A stretch of DNA of 33,935 nucleotides, taken from positions 1 through 33,935 of the forward strand of contig JAZDJR010000036.1 of the NCBI GenBank assembly GCA_043803815.1, given 5' to 3'. A program made the position numbers and the translations under genes. The notes beneath the pieces are model-generated. The model searched no databases and was not told the origin of the DNA. It was given only the letters and a program-made list of their open reading frames with translations. Source of the DNA: Candidatus Micrarchaeota archaeon (lineage in GTDB: Archaea > Iainarchaeota > Iainarchaeia > Iainarchaeales > JAGVWC01). Every line of letters begins with the position of its first letter. Position 1 is the first letter of the stretch. Shown in pieces: positions 1-8,754 of this stretch.

Positions 1-71
1 ATTTGCTTGCCCGCGTCTATTTCTTGTAAAACCGCGAGCTTAAAGTCCCGCGAAAACTTTCTCTTCTGCAT
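1..71 (-). CDS. IS3-family transposase OrfA N-terminus (partial)
   Basis: Manual translation gives MQKRKFSRDFKLAVLQEIDAGKQ, matching the R-k-F-s-x-e-F-K start of HTH_Tnp_1 proteins. Not in the ORF track. Confidence 0.75.
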   Translation of the reverse strand, partial: MQKRKFSRDFKLAVLQEIDAGKQ

Positions 72-138
72 ACTTTTCCCCCTATTTTTCATACAAAAAT
101 AGGCTTTTCTACTCGGGCAAATTTAGGGGTGCAGTCCA
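1..138 (-). mobile_element. Left end of an IS3-family insertion sequence (runs off the window edge)
   Basis: The minus strand from 138 reads TGGACTGCACCCCTAAATTTGCCCGAG, resembling IS3/IS150-type 5'-TG terminal inverted repeats. An AGGGGG SD and an OrfA-like start follow. Confidence 0.75.
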
Positions 139-167
139 GTCGGATGCTACCGTTACACTACAGGCGC
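139..167 (-). tRNA. 5' part of a tRNA gene (Gly-like), cut in the anticodon stem by the IS end
   Basis: Minus strand GCGCCTG-TA-GTGT-AACGGTA-GCAT-C-CGAC gives the acceptor 5' strand, U8A9, a D-arm with GG in the loop, and the start of the anticodon stem. No anticodon is visible, so the Gly identity is inferred only from the GCG start. Confidence 0.65.
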
Positions 168-218
168 TTTTAATAAATTTAATTTGCAATTTTAGTTTTA
201 TTTTTTTAGGAGTTTTTA

Positions 219-385
219 ATCGCCCGTACTTCCGCCGCTTTCGCGGGCTGATTTGGGTTCAGCCGAAGGCATTTTTTCGCAACGCGATTCAAGCTTCCAC
301 GCAAAGCAACGCTTTGCGGGGCCAGTATCCAAAGGGTACTTGGTTGCTTGAATGGCCCATTTTGGATTTAGCCAAAATCGGGACC
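219..385 (+). other. GC-rich multi-hairpin intergenic element (candidate structured RNA or repeat)
   Basis: Stems CCGC/GCGG and GGCTGA/TCAGCC; ATTCAAGC/GCTTGAAT enclosing two hairpins; then GCCCATTTTGG/CCAAAATCGGG and a T-run. Confidence 0.5.
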
Positions 386-403
386 TTTTTTTTTAAAAAG
401 GTT

Positions 404-1237
404 TTATTTGGGCTGGAGTTGGGCTTGGATTTCGGTTATTTTTTGGTGGGGCCCGATGATGGTCAGCTGGTTGTTGGATAATTGGATGGAAGTATTGGCC
501 AAAAAAATGGACAGGCAGTAATTGGGGTTTTGGAATTGCTGTTCGGCAAGATGCAAGATTTCGTTTAGGCGTTGTTTGGGAAGCAGCAGGGCTTGGGATT
601 TGGTTTTTTCGTTCAGGGCTAACGCGAGTTCTTCGACGTGGCCCACGGCGGGTGATTCGACAAGGAGTTCGGTTGCTTCCAGTTGGTTGGCAAAAGAAAT
701 GATGATTGGAATCAGTTCGGTTTTCCATTTCGTGGAAAAGCTGTCGTTAAAATCGAGCTGGCAAAGCGAATCGATTTGTTTTCCGAATATTTCTTTGTAG
801 TATTGCATTTGGCTGATGCGCTTGTCGAGGCGTTCGGCGATTTGTTTTAAGTCGGAAATGTAAAACCGCGAGTTTCCGCGCGCGGCTTTGAGCAGGTCGG
901 CATCGGCTTTGCTTCGCTCGATGAGCACGGCGAGCTGTTCGACAATGGTATCGATGTCTTGGGCGCTGTTTTTGCTTTGCAAAGTCTGGTTTAATTTCAG
1001 CAGGAGCTTGTTTTTCATTTCTCCGGAAATCATGGCTTGGCCTTTTTCGGTAGCCACGAATTTGCGTTTGTCTTTGGTAATTAGGCCGACTGCGGTCATG
1101 TCTTTGACTGCGCGCGACAAGGCGGCGCGCGCTGAGTTGACGCTGCCGTAATTGGACGCGATTTTGGATAGTAAAGAGTTGTAATCGATTCCGGGAGACT
1201 GCTTGATAATTAACAGGATTGAGTTTTTAGCGGTCAC
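404..1237 (-). CDS. Hypothetical protein with N-terminal winged-helix domain and central coiled coil
   Basis: 277-aa ORF; ILLIIKQSPGIDYNSL...LSRAVKDM..VGLI...ATEKG follows the wHTH pattern. Confidence 0.65.
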   Translation of the reverse strand: MTAKNSILLIIKQSPGIDYNSLLSKIASNYGSVNSARAALSRAVKDMTAVGLITKDKRKFVATEKGQAMISGEMKNKLLLKLNQTLQSKNSAQDIDTIVEQLAVLIERSKADADLLKAARGNSRFYISDLKQIAERLDKRISQMQYYKEIFGKQIDSLCQLDFNDSFSTKWKTELIPIIISFANQLEATELLVESPAVGHVEELALALNEKTKSQALLLPKQRLNEILHLAEQQFQNPNYCLSIFLANTSIQLSNNQLTIIGPHQKITEIQAQLQPK

Positions 1238-1308
1238 TGTTAAAGTTTGAAGTGAAAAATTAATAAAAGGAGAGTTTTGGACGAATTGTTAAGTTTTTTA
1301 CAAGAATT

Positions 1309-1500
1309 CTATTTTTTATCCGTTTGGGTATCCGAGTCGGAGGAAAATTCTTGAATCAATTCCCGCATGTTTTCTCGAACCTCGTTTTCAGTTCGCCCTT
1401 GGGTGCCAATATCCAACGCGGGACAAGAAGCCACGAACCATTTTCCTTCTTTACTGATAACAATTGGCAAAGAAATCGGGATTGTTTTTTGGGCGTTCAT
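1309..1500 (-). CDS. Solo HicB-like antitoxin-family protein
   Basis: C-terminal 63 aa of track ORF 1309..1794, from the ATG at 1500: IVISKEGKWFVASCPALDIGTQGRTENEVRENMRELI is a HicB-like signature. Confidence 0.75.
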   Translation of the reverse strand: MNAQKTIPISLPIVISKEGKWFVASCPALDIGTQGRTENEVRENMRELIQEFSSDSDTQTDKK

Positions 1501-1544
1501 GCAATAAATAGGGCAAATTAAGTATAAAAAGCTATTTTGGCCAG

Positions 1545-1823
1545 TTACACCAGTTCGGTTTTTTTCATGCGTTTGGGAATCAAAAAAGTTTTCTTTTTTT
1601 TGCAGACAGGGCATTCGGCGACAAAGGTAGGCTTTTTGTTTTGTTTTTTGACCGAAGCAGGAAACTTGTTTTTTCCGCCGTATCCCGATTTGTGTCTGCG
1701 GTTCATTTTGCGGGTGCCTTTGCTCATGGTTCGGCCTTGACCGCTTTTGAATTGCTTTAGCTTGTGGTCGGTGTGCTTGTTGCACTTGGCGCAATAAAGC
1801 GACATGGTTTTGGGAACGTTCAT
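1545..1823 (-). CDS. rpl44e: 50S ribosomal protein L44e (eL42)
   Basis: MNVPK...YCAKCNKHTDH...GYGG...KKP...ECPVC zinc-ribbon pattern. Confidence 0.95.
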   Translation of the reverse strand: MNVPKTMSLYCAKCNKHTDHKLKQFKSGQGRTMSKGTRKMNRRHKSGYGGKNKFPASVKKQNKKPTFVAECPVCKKKKTFLIPKRMKKTELV

Positions 1824-2029
1824 TTAAGCACCTAAAAAAATCGGTTTTGGGGTTTTTTTACCATTTAATCGGTTTAAAATCGATTTAAACTGTGTCATAA
1901 TTTGCGGGCAAAAGTATTTTAATACGCGCTAATTTCAGGTTTGGCGTTTTGGCAATGGCTGTTTTTTAACCAAAAACAGTTAAAAAGGTGAATTTCGTAG
2001 ATTAATAGGTTAAAAAAAGGGTTTTTTGG

Positions 2030-2848
2030 ATGATTACGGAGTTTGTTCGCGCGTTTTTTTCAGTGGTCAAAAAGCCGGGCCTTTTGGTTGTTGCTTTGAC
2101 CGCGGTTTTGGCCAATCTGGCATTGGTTTTGCTTTTAACCGACCCCTTGGCAAGCTTATTGTCGGGAGTCGTATCCGGAGAGTTTCAAAACACGGGAACC
2201 GACTTTTTTTCCCTGCCGTTACTATTGGGCAATTTCGGGTTTGAAATACTTGCGGCTTTGGTTTTGATGCTGGGAAGCTTGGTTTTTAATTGCTGGTTTG
2301 GAATGGTGCTGGGACGGTTTGCCTATTTGCAGGAAAAAAAAGAGGATAGCGTTGCCCGCTCGGTGCGGTACGGTTTTCAAAACTGGAAAAAAATCGCGGC
2401 CTGGAGCCTGGTCGGATTATTGTTCGCGGTTTTTTTAGGCGCGCTGTTTTTGATTGTCGCGGGGATTTCAAACTGGAACGGAATTATCGGCTTGCTGTTT
2501 TTTTTGGTTTGGCTGGCCATTGGAATCGGACTCGGGATTTTACTCGTGCTATCGGTTCCAATTATGGGAGTGGAAAATGCAACGGTTAAGGAAGCGTTCA
2601 AAAAAACCGCGGAACTGGCTAAAACGCATTTTTGGCAATTGGTTGGTTTTTTGGTTCTTGTTTTTGTTTTTGCTGCGGTGATAAACGCGGTTGGCAATGC
2701 TTTGGCGGATACGATTGAAGATGAAAACGTGCAGTTGGTTGTTATTGCATTGTTTTGGATGATTCAGCTGCTTATCGTGAACCTGGGTTTGCCGTTTTTT
2801 TACCTGAATCACCGCTCAAAAATCGCCGAATTGGCCAAACTGAAATAA
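2030..2848 (+). CDS. Polytopic membrane protein of unknown function
   Basis: 272 aa with about 6 hydrophobic segments; co-oriented directly upstream of the SMC gene. Confidence 0.75.
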   Translation: MITEFVRAFFSVVKKPGLLVVALTAVLANLALVLLLTDPLASLLSGVVSGEFQNTGTDFFSLPLLLGNFGFEILAALVLMLGSLVFNCWFGMVLGRFAYLQEKKEDSVARSVRYGFQNWKKIAAWSLVGLLFAVFLGALFLIVAGISNWNGIIGLLFFLVWLAIGIGLGILLVLSVPIMGVENATVKEAFKKTAELAKTHFWQLVGFLVLVFVFAAVINAVGNALADTIEDENVQLVVIALFWMIQLLIVNLGLPFFYLNHRSKIAELAKLK

Positions 2849-2903
2849 AGCGATTGCCTTACGATTACAATTAAAAAATTGGATTTTTAGTTTTGGATTT
2901 GGT

Positions 2904-5900
2904 ATGATTCGCATCAAAAAGCTGTCGCTTAAGAATTTCAAGTCTTTTCGGAAAGCCGATATTCCCTTATCCGACGGTTTTACCGCGATTGTCGGTTCCA
3001 ACGGTTCTGGCAAAAGCAATATTTTGGATTCGATTCTGTTTGTTTTGGGTATCAGCAGCTTAAAATCCCTGCGCGCGTCGCGGCTAACCGATTTGGTGAA
3101 CAACGACAGCCGCGAAGAATACGCCAAAGTCGAACTCGAATTGGAGGATGCGGTGCAGAACAAAAACTGGCTGATTAGCCGGACGGTGGATAAAAACGGG
3201 AAGTCGCAGGTGCGCTTGGATGAAAAAAAGGTGACGTTAAACGAGGTTACTTCGCTGCTGAACGAACTGGGCCTTGATGCGCAGGGCCACAATATCGTGG
3301 TTCAGGGCGATATCACGAGCATTGTTGAAATGAATGATACGGGCCGCCGCGAAATGATTGACGAAATCGCGGGCATCCGCGAGTTTGACGAAAAGCGCAC
3401 CGAAGCGTTTCGCGAACTGGAAAAAGTGGAGCAGCGAATCAAGGAAGTCCGGATTGTTTTGGCGGAACGAACCGCGTATCTTGAACAGCTGGCCAAGGAA
3501 CGCGAAGCCGCACTGCTGCATAATTCACTGTTGGAAGAAGTCAAGCAAACCAAAGCAACCCTATTGGCAGTCGAACTGGAAACAATCCAGAAAAAGCGCG
3601 AAAAAAACAAAGTCGACCGCGAAAAGCTGCAGGCCGATTTCGGGGTTAAGAACCGGAAAAAATCCGAAACTATCGCGGAACTGGACGAATTATCCGGTCA
3701 AATCGAAGCGCTGAATAAGGAATTGCTGGATTCGCGGGAAAAAACGTTTTCCGGTATCGGGCTTTTGGCGGAAGAAAAAAAATCGGAAAAAAAGGTCCGC
3801 GAGGAGCGGATGCTGTCCAAAAAAGAGCAGACTGAAAAAAACAACGGGCTTGAAAAACTGCTGGTGGATCGAAACGACCAAATTGACTCCGAACTGGTTG
3901 AAAAAAAAGAGCTGCTGAAAAAAGTGGGAATTGAACTGGATGAAATCGAAGGCCGGCTTTTGGAACTGCGGAAAAAACAATCCGAAATCAAAAGCGAATG
4001 GCAGTCCAAAAACAAGGAATTGTCGGAGTTCGAATCCGATTTGGAGCAAAAAGAAACGGCCTTGTCCGAACTGCAATCGCGGTTTTTTTCCGAACAGGCC
4101 AGCCAAAAAACGATTCAAAAAACCGTTGATTTAAAGCGCCAGTTCCAAAAAGAAGCCTTGCAGGAGCTTAACCGCATCAAAGACCGGCATTCGGGCCTGG
4201 AAGCCAAAAAAGAGACCTTGGAGTCGCTTTTATCCGGCCACCCAAGGCCAAGTGAACAAATCAAGCGGGTGCTGGACAGCCTTTCGGAGACGGAAAAGCA
4301 AATTTCGTACTGGGAAAGCACCAAGGACCACCTGCAAAAGCACATGGACGCCTTGGAAAAAGCCGCGGCCACTTGTCCGGTGTGCGAACAGTCCGTTTCA
4401 TTGGAAACCAAAAAAAACGCGGTTGGCCAAAAAAAAGCGGAGTTTAAAAAAGCGGTTTTGCAAATCGAATCGCTGAAGGAAAAAACCAAAAAATTGTTCG
4501 GCCAAAAAAGCGAACTGGAAAGCATCCAGAAAAAAGTGCAGGAATTGCAGGTTGAGCTGGGCGGATTTTCGGAATCGGTTTCGCGCATTTCGGATTTGGA
4601 ATCCAAAACAAGCGTATTGGAAAAAGAAATCTGCGAAATGGAAAAAAAACGGGATTCAATCGGCCTGGAGCGGCTGGAAGCCGAACTGCAAAAAAGCCGG
4701 GCCTTGTTTGATGAAACCGAGCAATCGGTCAGCGGTTTTAAAAAACAATTGGACGCGCGGACCTTGGCCGCGCTTTCCGAAGAAATCGAAGGGATTTCCA
4801 GAAAACTCAATGAAAAAAAAGGCTATCAAAAAGAGCTTGAATTGTCCGCGTCCATGCTGTTAAGCGAGGAAAAAAAGCAGAACATCGGCAGAATCAGGGT
4901 GCTGCAGGGCGAAAATCAGGCATTGGCCAACCAGCTTTTGGCCGAAGAAAAGGCGATTGCCGCGCTTGAAAAAGAATTGTCGCATTTGGAACTGGAACTG
5001 GCCAAAGCCGAAAAAGAATCTCGCGGGCTCGTTGAAAAAAAAGAGCGCGATTTGCAAAAACAAAGCGAACTAAAAGAGCGGGTTTTCAGGGAAGAGTATT
5101 CGCTTCGCAGCATTGAAAAAACCCAGAACGAACTGGCAATCGACGATTCCAAACACGAGGTCCGCGAAGCCGATTTGAAGGAAGAATCCGTTGTATTTGC
5201 AGGCGTCGTATTGCTGGAAAACCGTGACCTGCATTTGCTTCGCGAACGCATTTTTGAACTGGACAAAAAAATTTCCAAAATGGGCGCGATTAACCAAAAA
5301 GCGGTCATGGATTTTGGCGAGCACGAATTGGAAATGCTGGAAATCAAAAAAAAGAGCGACAAGCTCGAGGAAGAGCGCCTCGCCGTTTTGGATATGATTC
5401 AAAAAATCGAGGACAGGCGCACCGGAATTTTTATGGATTGCTTTAACGCGGTAAACCGGAATTTTAACCACGTTTTTTTTACTTTGGCGGAAGGACAGGG
5501 AAAATTGTCGCTTTCCAATCCTGAAAATCCGCTGGAAGCGGGGCTTTTGATTGAAGCGAGCCTGAAAAACAAGCCGATTTATTCCATGGATTCCATGAGC
5601 GGCGGGGAAAAAACCCTGACAGCTTTGGCGTTTTTGTTTGCGATTCAAATGTACAATCCAGCGCCGTTTTACGTGTTTGACGAAGCCGACGCGGCCTTGG
5701 ACAAGGAAAACTCGGTGCGGCTTGGAAAGATCATCCGCGAAATCAGCCAAAAAAGCCAGTTTATCGGAATCACGCACAACGACACGATTGTGCGCGAAGC
5801 AAACCAAATCATCGGAGTTGCCTTAAACGAACAAAAATCTTCGGTCATCGGATTAAAACTCAAAGCGCAGGCCGCGGACTCCGAATCGGAAGAGGGTTAA
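2904..5900 (+). CDS. smc: SMC-family ATPase with central CPVC zinc-hook-like motif and no evident hinge
   Basis: Walker A GSNGSGKSN, LRA loop, Q-loop IVVQGD, signature MSGGEK, Walker B/D-loop YVFDEADAALD, H-loop ITH, long coiled coils, and CPVC at residues 491-494. Confidence 0.9.
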   Translation: MIRIKKLSLKNFKSFRKADIPLSDGFTAIVGSNGSGKSNILDSILFVLGISSLKSLRASRLTDLVNNDSREEYAKVELELEDAVQNKNWLISRTVDKNGKSQVRLDEKKVTLNEVTSLLNELGLDAQGHNIVVQGDITSIVEMNDTGRREMIDEIAGIREFDEKRTEAFRELEKVEQRIKEVRIVLAERTAYLEQLAKEREAALLHNSLLEEVKQTKATLLAVELETIQKKREKNKVDREKLQADFGVKNRKKSETIAELDELSGQIEALNKELLDSREKTFSGIGLLAEEKKSEKKVREERMLSKKEQTEKNNGLEKLLVDRNDQIDSELVEKKELLKKVGIELDEIEGRLLELRKKQSEIKSEWQSKNKELSEFESDLEQKETALSELQSRFFSEQASQKTIQKTVDLKRQFQKEALQELNRIKDRHSGLEAKKETLESLLSGHPRPSEQIKRVLDSLSETEKQISYWESTKDHLQKHMDALEKAAATCPVCEQSVSLETKKNAVGQKKAEFKKAVLQIESLKEKTKKLFGQKSELESIQKKVQELQVELGGFSESVSRISDLESKTSVLEKEICEMEKKRDSIGLERLEAELQKSRALFDETEQSVSGFKKQLDARTLAALSEEIEGISRKLNEKKGYQKELELSASMLLSEEKKQNIGRIRVLQGENQALANQLLAEEKAIAALEKELSHLELELAKAEKESRGLVEKKERDLQKQSELKERVFREEYSLRSIEKTQNELAIDDSKHEVREADLKEESVVFAGVVLLENRDLHLLRERIFELDKKISKMGAINQKAVMDFGEHELEMLEIKKKSDKLEEERLAVLDMIQKIEDRRTGIFMDCFNAVNRNFNHVFFTLAEGQGKLSLSNPENPLEAGLLIEASLKNKPIYSMDSMSGGEKTLTALAFLFAIQMYNPAPFYVFDEADAALDKENSVRLGKIIREISQKSQFIGITHNDTIVREANQIIGVALNEQKSSVIGLKLKAQAADSESEEG

Positions 5901-5942
5901 AAAAATCGGAATAATTCAAAAGATTAACCATTTTGGTTTTTT

Positions 5943-8288
5943 TCAGCGGCTGACTTTTCCTTTCGGCCCGATTTTGACCAGCGGTTTTCGGGGCTCGTCG
6001 GAGTCCGAACTGGTTTTGGACGCGGATTTTTTTTGTTCGGGTTCGGGATTTTTTTTCGAGTCGATTTTTTTGGTTTCGGTTTTTTTGGCTTGTTCTTTTT
6101 TGGAATCGGTTTTTTTGGCATCCGTTTTGGAAGCGGGTGCGGCATTTCCGGGAAGTCCGGTCGCGGTTAGAGCGGGCAGTTTGGCGTCGATGTCGTGGAA
6201 TCGTTCCAATAATTCCGCGCGCTTGTTTTCGTAGTCCGCCATGGAAATTTTGTTTTCGATTAATTGCAGGTCGAGTTCGCGTCCTTCGTTGAGGAATTTT
6301 CGTCGGTTGGAGTGAAGCGACGATTCGATTGGAACCAAGTCTGTTTTTTTGTGTTTGAGCACTAAAAACGCGATGACGCCCCAGGATAAAACGATTAGAA
6401 GTATCGCGGCGATTAACAGTCCGTTTACGGGTTCGTTCACGGGAACAACTGTTCCGCCTTGACTGCCGTTGGGCACTCCAAACGGCGTTGCGGAAGTAAA
6501 TGGTTCTTTTGGATTTTCCCCGACTAATTCATACACTTTTTGCATTGTGGCAAACGAGCTTTCGGCTAAAAATACGATGGATACTCCGCTTTTGGCGGCT
6601 TCCAAGGCTTGGGCGGTCTGGTTTTTGTCATTAAAAAAAGCGACTTCCTGCTGGAAGTATCGGGCATGGTCCAGATATAATCGGCTCCAGGCAAACGGTT
6701 CGTTTGAAACGCCTAGTTTTTGTTCCAAATCGGAAATTTTTTGGTTAAGTGTGGCTTCCAAGGCTGGCAGGCCGCTGTCTTTGGTTTGTGTTTCGGAATT
6801 AATCAGGGCGGTAACCGAATCGGCATCCATGGCGGATGCCAAATCCCAGTTGAGCAGTTGGGACGCTTTGGCGCCGTCGTAGCGCCGCTGGATATCGTCT
6901 CGTTGGCTTGGGTCGATTAGCGGCAGGCGGTTTTCGGCTTCCACGATTTTTTGGTTTGAAAATTCGCGGGCGCTTGAATTAAGCTTGGTTTGCTTGGTTG
7001 CGCTTTGGAGCTGCATGGCCAAATCGGACGCTACTTCTTTCCAGGCAACGGCAAATTCGTAATTGCGCAGCCGGTCCAAGGGAATTGCATAAGCATCGGT
7101 CGGAGCTGTGTTTCCGGTGTCAACGACAATGGTTTGCGTGGTTAACAGGTCTTTGACATTGTTTTTGGCCCAAATCAGGCGCTGTTCGGCCGCGATTTGC
7201 CAGTCGATTTGGTCGGGCAAAACCCCTTGGCTTAATTGGACTTGCAATAAATCCAGTTCTTTTTGGAGTTCGACGAGTTTGGTGTGAAAAATCGTAGAGT
7301 TGTCGTTTAGAATCGACGGGTTTTGCGCGATGTCCCTAACCATTAAGGCGTTTACTTTGGCGGTAAACGAATAATTGGCGCTGGAATACAAAAAGTTCTG
7401 GTCAAGCAATGCTTTGGATTTTTCCAGCACTTGTTCGCTTTCGTTCAAGGAATCCAGCATGACTCCGACGAGCTGCTGGTCGGATAACAATGTTTTGTTG
7501 ACGCTGTCTTTGGCGTCTTTGACAAGGTCTTTGGCTTGCGTCCAATATCGCTGGGTAATCGGGTACAATGGCGCGGCTTGCGGGTCATACGCGATTGCTT
7601 GAGGAACAAAATCGAATTGGGTTTGCAGGATTTGTTCGTTAACATCAATTGACGCGGGGTCGGAAAATGCGAATTTAATCGCTTCATCAATGGTTTGGAC
7701 TTCCACCACTTTCATGCTCCAGTTTTTGGGGGCATATTCCACCAGATTGACGGATTCCACGCCTTTGTCGGTCCTTACGATTTGCTTTGATTCGCCTTTT
7801 GGAATAATGAATAATTTGATTCCGATTTTGGACGCTTCTTTTGCTTTTTCAAATACTCCGCCGACGGTTCCCACCTGGCCCGCTTCGTCAATGGTTCCGG
7901 TCATTCCGACAAAATCGGGAAGGGGGCGGTTTTGTAGCATGGTAATTGTAAGCAAAGAAGTGGCCGCGCCTGCACTGGGTCCGTCCACAATGGAAGCGGT
8001 TGAATTGATTTCGAATTTGTAATCGAACTTGTTGACTTCGGAGGAATAATTCTTGGCGAGCTCGACGGCCACGCGTTCGGCGTTTTGGGTGCTGGTGCCG
8101 ACCAAGGGGTTTACGCTGGAAAAAATTTTGCCTGTTCCCGAAACCAGTTCCAAGGAAAGCGTTGCGCTTAATCCTTGGCCGTCATCCGTAATCGCAAAAA
8201 TATGAATCGAATCTTTGGAAGTGACTGCTAAAACCGAAACGGATACCGTTAAAACGGCCAAAAAAAGCAAAAACAAGCGGTTTTTCAT
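5943..8288 (-). CDS. Membrane-anchored archaeal serine protease with Lon-type (S16) proteolytic domain
   Basis: Signal peptide; VDGPSAGAA (catalytic Ser) and VGGVFEK (catalytic Lys); no AAA domain; helical body, C-terminal TM helix and Lys-rich tail. ATG at 8288. Confidence 0.85.
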   Translation of the reverse strand: MKNRLFLLFLAVLTVSVSVLAVTSKDSIHIFAITDDGQGLSATLSLELVSGTGKIFSSVNPLVGTSTQNAERVAVELAKNYSSEVNKFDYKFEINSTASIVDGPSAGAATSLLTITMLQNRPLPDFVGMTGTIDEAGQVGTVGGVFEKAKEASKIGIKLFIIPKGESKQIVRTDKGVESVNLVEYAPKNWSMKVVEVQTIDEAIKFAFSDPASIDVNEQILQTQFDFVPQAIAYDPQAAPLYPITQRYWTQAKDLVKDAKDSVNKTLLSDQQLVGVMLDSLNESEQVLEKSKALLDQNFLYSSANYSFTAKVNALMVRDIAQNPSILNDNSTIFHTKLVELQKELDLLQVQLSQGVLPDQIDWQIAAEQRLIWAKNNVKDLLTTQTIVVDTGNTAPTDAYAIPLDRLRNYEFAVAWKEVASDLAMQLQSATKQTKLNSSAREFSNQKIVEAENRLPLIDPSQRDDIQRRYDGAKASQLLNWDLASAMDADSVTALINSETQTKDSGLPALEATLNQKISDLEQKLGVSNEPFAWSRLYLDHARYFQQEVAFFNDKNQTAQALEAAKSGVSIVFLAESSFATMQKVYELVGENPKEPFTSATPFGVPNGSQGGTVVPVNEPVNGLLIAAILLIVLSWGVIAFLVLKHKKTDLVPIESSLHSNRRKFLNEGRELDLQLIENKISMADYENKRAELLERFHDIDAKLPALTATGLPGNAAPASKTDAKKTDSKKEQAKKTETKKIDSKKNPEPEQKKSASKTSSDSDEPRKPLVKIGPKGKVSR

Positions 8289-8428
8289 GTTCAAAGATTA
8301 CGCCCTAAAAGGTTTTTAATCATTGGTAAACGATTTGGAAAAAATCGGCTGTTGAAAAATTGAATGATAAAAAAGTATTTGGCAAAATAAGGAAAAAAAG
8401 TGAAGAATTCGGATAAAAAAAAATAATT

Positions 8429-8731
8429 TTATCCGAACAAGGCGGAAAGGCCTTCGGCAGCCGCTTCTTCTGATTTGGCGGTGTCTTCTTCCTTTTTTTC
8501 AGCTTTCGGTGCTGCTCCGGCTGCTGCGGGTGCGGCGGCTGGGGCTGCTTGCATCATGGACGCGTTTTTGATTGCTTCGTCTATATTGACGTCTTTTAAC
8601 GCGGCAATAAGCGCTTTGACCTGGCCGGCTTCGGCTTTGACGCCTGCGGCTTGCAAGACTTCGCTTACGCTTTTTTCCGTGATTTCCTTTTTGGCTGCGT
8701 GCAACAACATGGCTGCGTATACATATTCCAT
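8429..8731 (-). CDS. rpl12: 50S ribosomal stalk protein L12 (aP1)
   Basis: [11 protein letters not shown] start, Ala-rich hinge, GLSALFG end; GAGGTGA SD upstream. Confidence 0.97.
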   Translation of the reverse strand: MEYVYAAMLLHAAKKEITEKSVSEVLQAAGVKAEAGQVKALIAALKDVNIDEAIKNASMMQAAPAAAPAAAGAAPKAEKKEEDTAKSEEAAAEGLSALFG

Positions 8732-8754
8732 TCCTTTCACCTCGTTCGAATCAA

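Noticed and set aside
219-385. RNase P RNA, SRP RNA, fluoride riboswitch or hammerhead ribozyme
   Set aside because: The diagnostic conserved motifs were not found on either strand.
1309-1794. 161-aa ORF as a single gene
   Set aside because: Its 5' part overlaps rpl44e in another frame; only 1309-1500 is HicB-like.
2904-5900. Calling the SMC-like gene plain rad50 because of CPVC
   Set aside because: Head motifs (GKSN, LRA, QGD, G.IN, DEADAALD) are Smc-type rather than Rad50-type (GKSS/T, DEPT), and no mre11, herA or nurA is adjacent.
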